Shown here in pieces: positions 62,753 to 64,000 of a stretch of DNA of 64,000 bases. The translations under genes were made by a program, and so were the position numbers. A model generated the notes under the pieces. It was not told where the DNA came from. It saw nothing but the letters and a program-made list of their open reading frames with translations, and ran no database searches. Every line of letters starts with the position of its first letter. The stretch's first letter is position 1. The DNA comes from Escherichia coli (lineage in GTDB: Bacteria > Pseudomonadota > Gammaproteobacteria > Enterobacterales > Enterobacteriaceae). The stretch lies in assembly GCF_013122565.1 (NCBI RefSeq), contig NZ_CP053258.1; one strand, 5' to 3'.

Positions 62753-64000
62753 TTATTTTCCTTGATTAATTAAAACGGGAATAACCTGAGTAAAATCTTC
62801 CAGTGCCTGGTGTAAATCCCACTGCTGTTCTTTATTGCCGCTGGAGCACAAAATCACTTTCAGCGATTTTAATAACCGTAATGCTGCCGCTGGCTGTTGA
62901 TGGTGTTGTAAGGCAGTCACCAGTTGCATGACACAGGGGTTATTAAGATTGATATACAGACTTGAGGTTTTCGTTTTTTGGATTTGCGAGGTAAATTGCC
63001 GCGCCAGCATTAACGCTGCGGTACTGATGCGTTTATCTGCGTCATCCTGTTCGAGAATTTGTTTTAATTCTGCTTCCCGGTCTGGCGTGACCACTAACGG
63101 CAAAACGGCGGGTTCGAAGCGGGAGATAATTAATTGCTCGCCATCGCAAAGATGCTCTTCCAGATAAGCCACTTGCTCTTCGGGTAATTCCGCCAGGCTG
63201 AACAATTGCTCATTGCCCGTTTGCGTACCGACTTCGATAATCCGGCAATGATATAACAGCGCCCAACGGCGTAAAAATGGCACCACCGCATAGCGATCGC
63301 CACGGGCTACAGGCCGTTGCAGAATATGGAACAACATCTCTTCAAAACCGCCGTCGCGGCTTAACAGAATATGAATGCTGTTATTAACGCGTAAATCCTT
63401 CGCCAACAGTGCGCCTTTTGACGTTGGCACCTGTAAGCGATCTTTGAGCAAATCAAACAGACGGTCATCACACAATGCCGCGCCCAGCAACGCTTCGTTG
63501 TGGCGCATTAATACACGCCGCCAGATTTCTGGCTGATTTTGTGCGAGATCGGACAAACCAGAAATCAGCGCCTCTTTTAACGCCTCCTGCACCGCAACCC
63601 AGGTTTCATCCCGCTGGAGATCTTCCCTGCTCGCCGTCGGCGTCAGTTTCGATGACTCAATCACGCCACCAATAAATCCGGCCCAGGGCGGTAACAACTC
63701 ACGCGCTTCGTCATCCAGTAACATACCGCGCAAAAACAACGACAGGTTGCGGTTATCGCTGGTGCCGTAGGTTGCGCCATCCTGAATCCATAAAATCCCG
63801 ACCGCGTCGCTCATCCCCGCTGGCACCACCGGAATGGTGCAAATCGGTTCGAAGGAGGATTCAAACTGTGCGGCAAAGGCGAGATTTTTACGCTGCACCA
63901 GCGCGCGGTGCATGGTCACGCCTTCGGGGGCAACTTCACGCCACGGTGGTTGAAGTTTATTTACCGGCTCGCTGGCATCGCCGACATAAACCGGTTCGTG
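62753..64000 (-). CDS. Hsp90/HtpG-family paralog, middle and C-terminal domains only (5' part beyond window end)
   Basis: Frame open to the window edge (27 stop-free codons upstream of the track GTG at 63919). Matches HtpG middle domain (LPPWAGFIGGVIESSKLTPTASREDLQ vs HtpG [21 protein letters not shown]) and C-terminal motif (YINLNNPCVMQLV vs IFELNPDHVLVKR). Confidence 0.75.
   Translation of the reverse strand, partial: HEPVYVGDASEPVNKLQPPWREVAPEGVTMHRALVQRKNLAFAAQFESSFEPICTIPVVPAGMSDAVGILWIQDGATYGTSDNRNLSLFLRGMLLDDEARELLPPWAGFIGGVIESSKLTPTASREDLQRDETWVAVQEALKEALISGLSDLAQNQPEIWRRVLMRHNEALLGAALCDDRLFDLLKDRLQVPTSKGALLAKDLRVNNSIHILLSRDGGFEEMLFHILQRPVARGDRYAVVPFLRRWALLYHCRIIEVGTQTGNEQLFSLAELPEEQVAYLEEHLCDGEQLIISRFEPAVLPLVVTPDREAELKQILEQDDADKRISTAALMLARQFTSQIQKTKTSSLYINLNNPCVMQLVTALQHHQQPAAALRLLKSLKVILCSSGNKEQQWDLHQALEDFTQVIPVLINQGK

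Overview
Enterobacterial (E. coli-like) chromosomal segment, collinear in reverse-complement orientation with the E. coli K-12 region katG-metF-metBL-metJ-rpmE-priA-cytR-ftsN-hslVU-menA-rraA-zapB-glpFKX-fpr-tpiA-cdh-sbp-pfkA-fieF-cpxPRA-yiiM-kdgT-sodA-rhaTRS-rhaBADM-frvABXR-yiiG. About 50 core genes were recognised by reading the translated ORFs; starts were refined where the ORF track ran upstream of the known N-terminus. Five BIME/REP clusters, several terminators and known operator/promoter motifs are visible. No rRNA, tRNA, CRISPR array or intact IS/prophage was seen. Four stretches have no K-12 counterpart as far as I recall (all K-12 comparisons are from memory, not a search): (1) a ~10 kb island between metF and metL (PTS EIICB + LacI regulator, MocR regulator, GlyA-like + Alr-like pair, periplasmic 5'-nucleotidase, Zn-ribbon protein); (2) two tandem paralogous membrane proteins between rraA and zapB; (3) a ScrY-like porin between rhaM and frvA; (4) a two-gene operon upstream of yiiG encoding a 768-aa protein of unknown function and an Hsp90-family paralog that runs off the window end. 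The best candidate for an undescribed system is (4), followed by (2).
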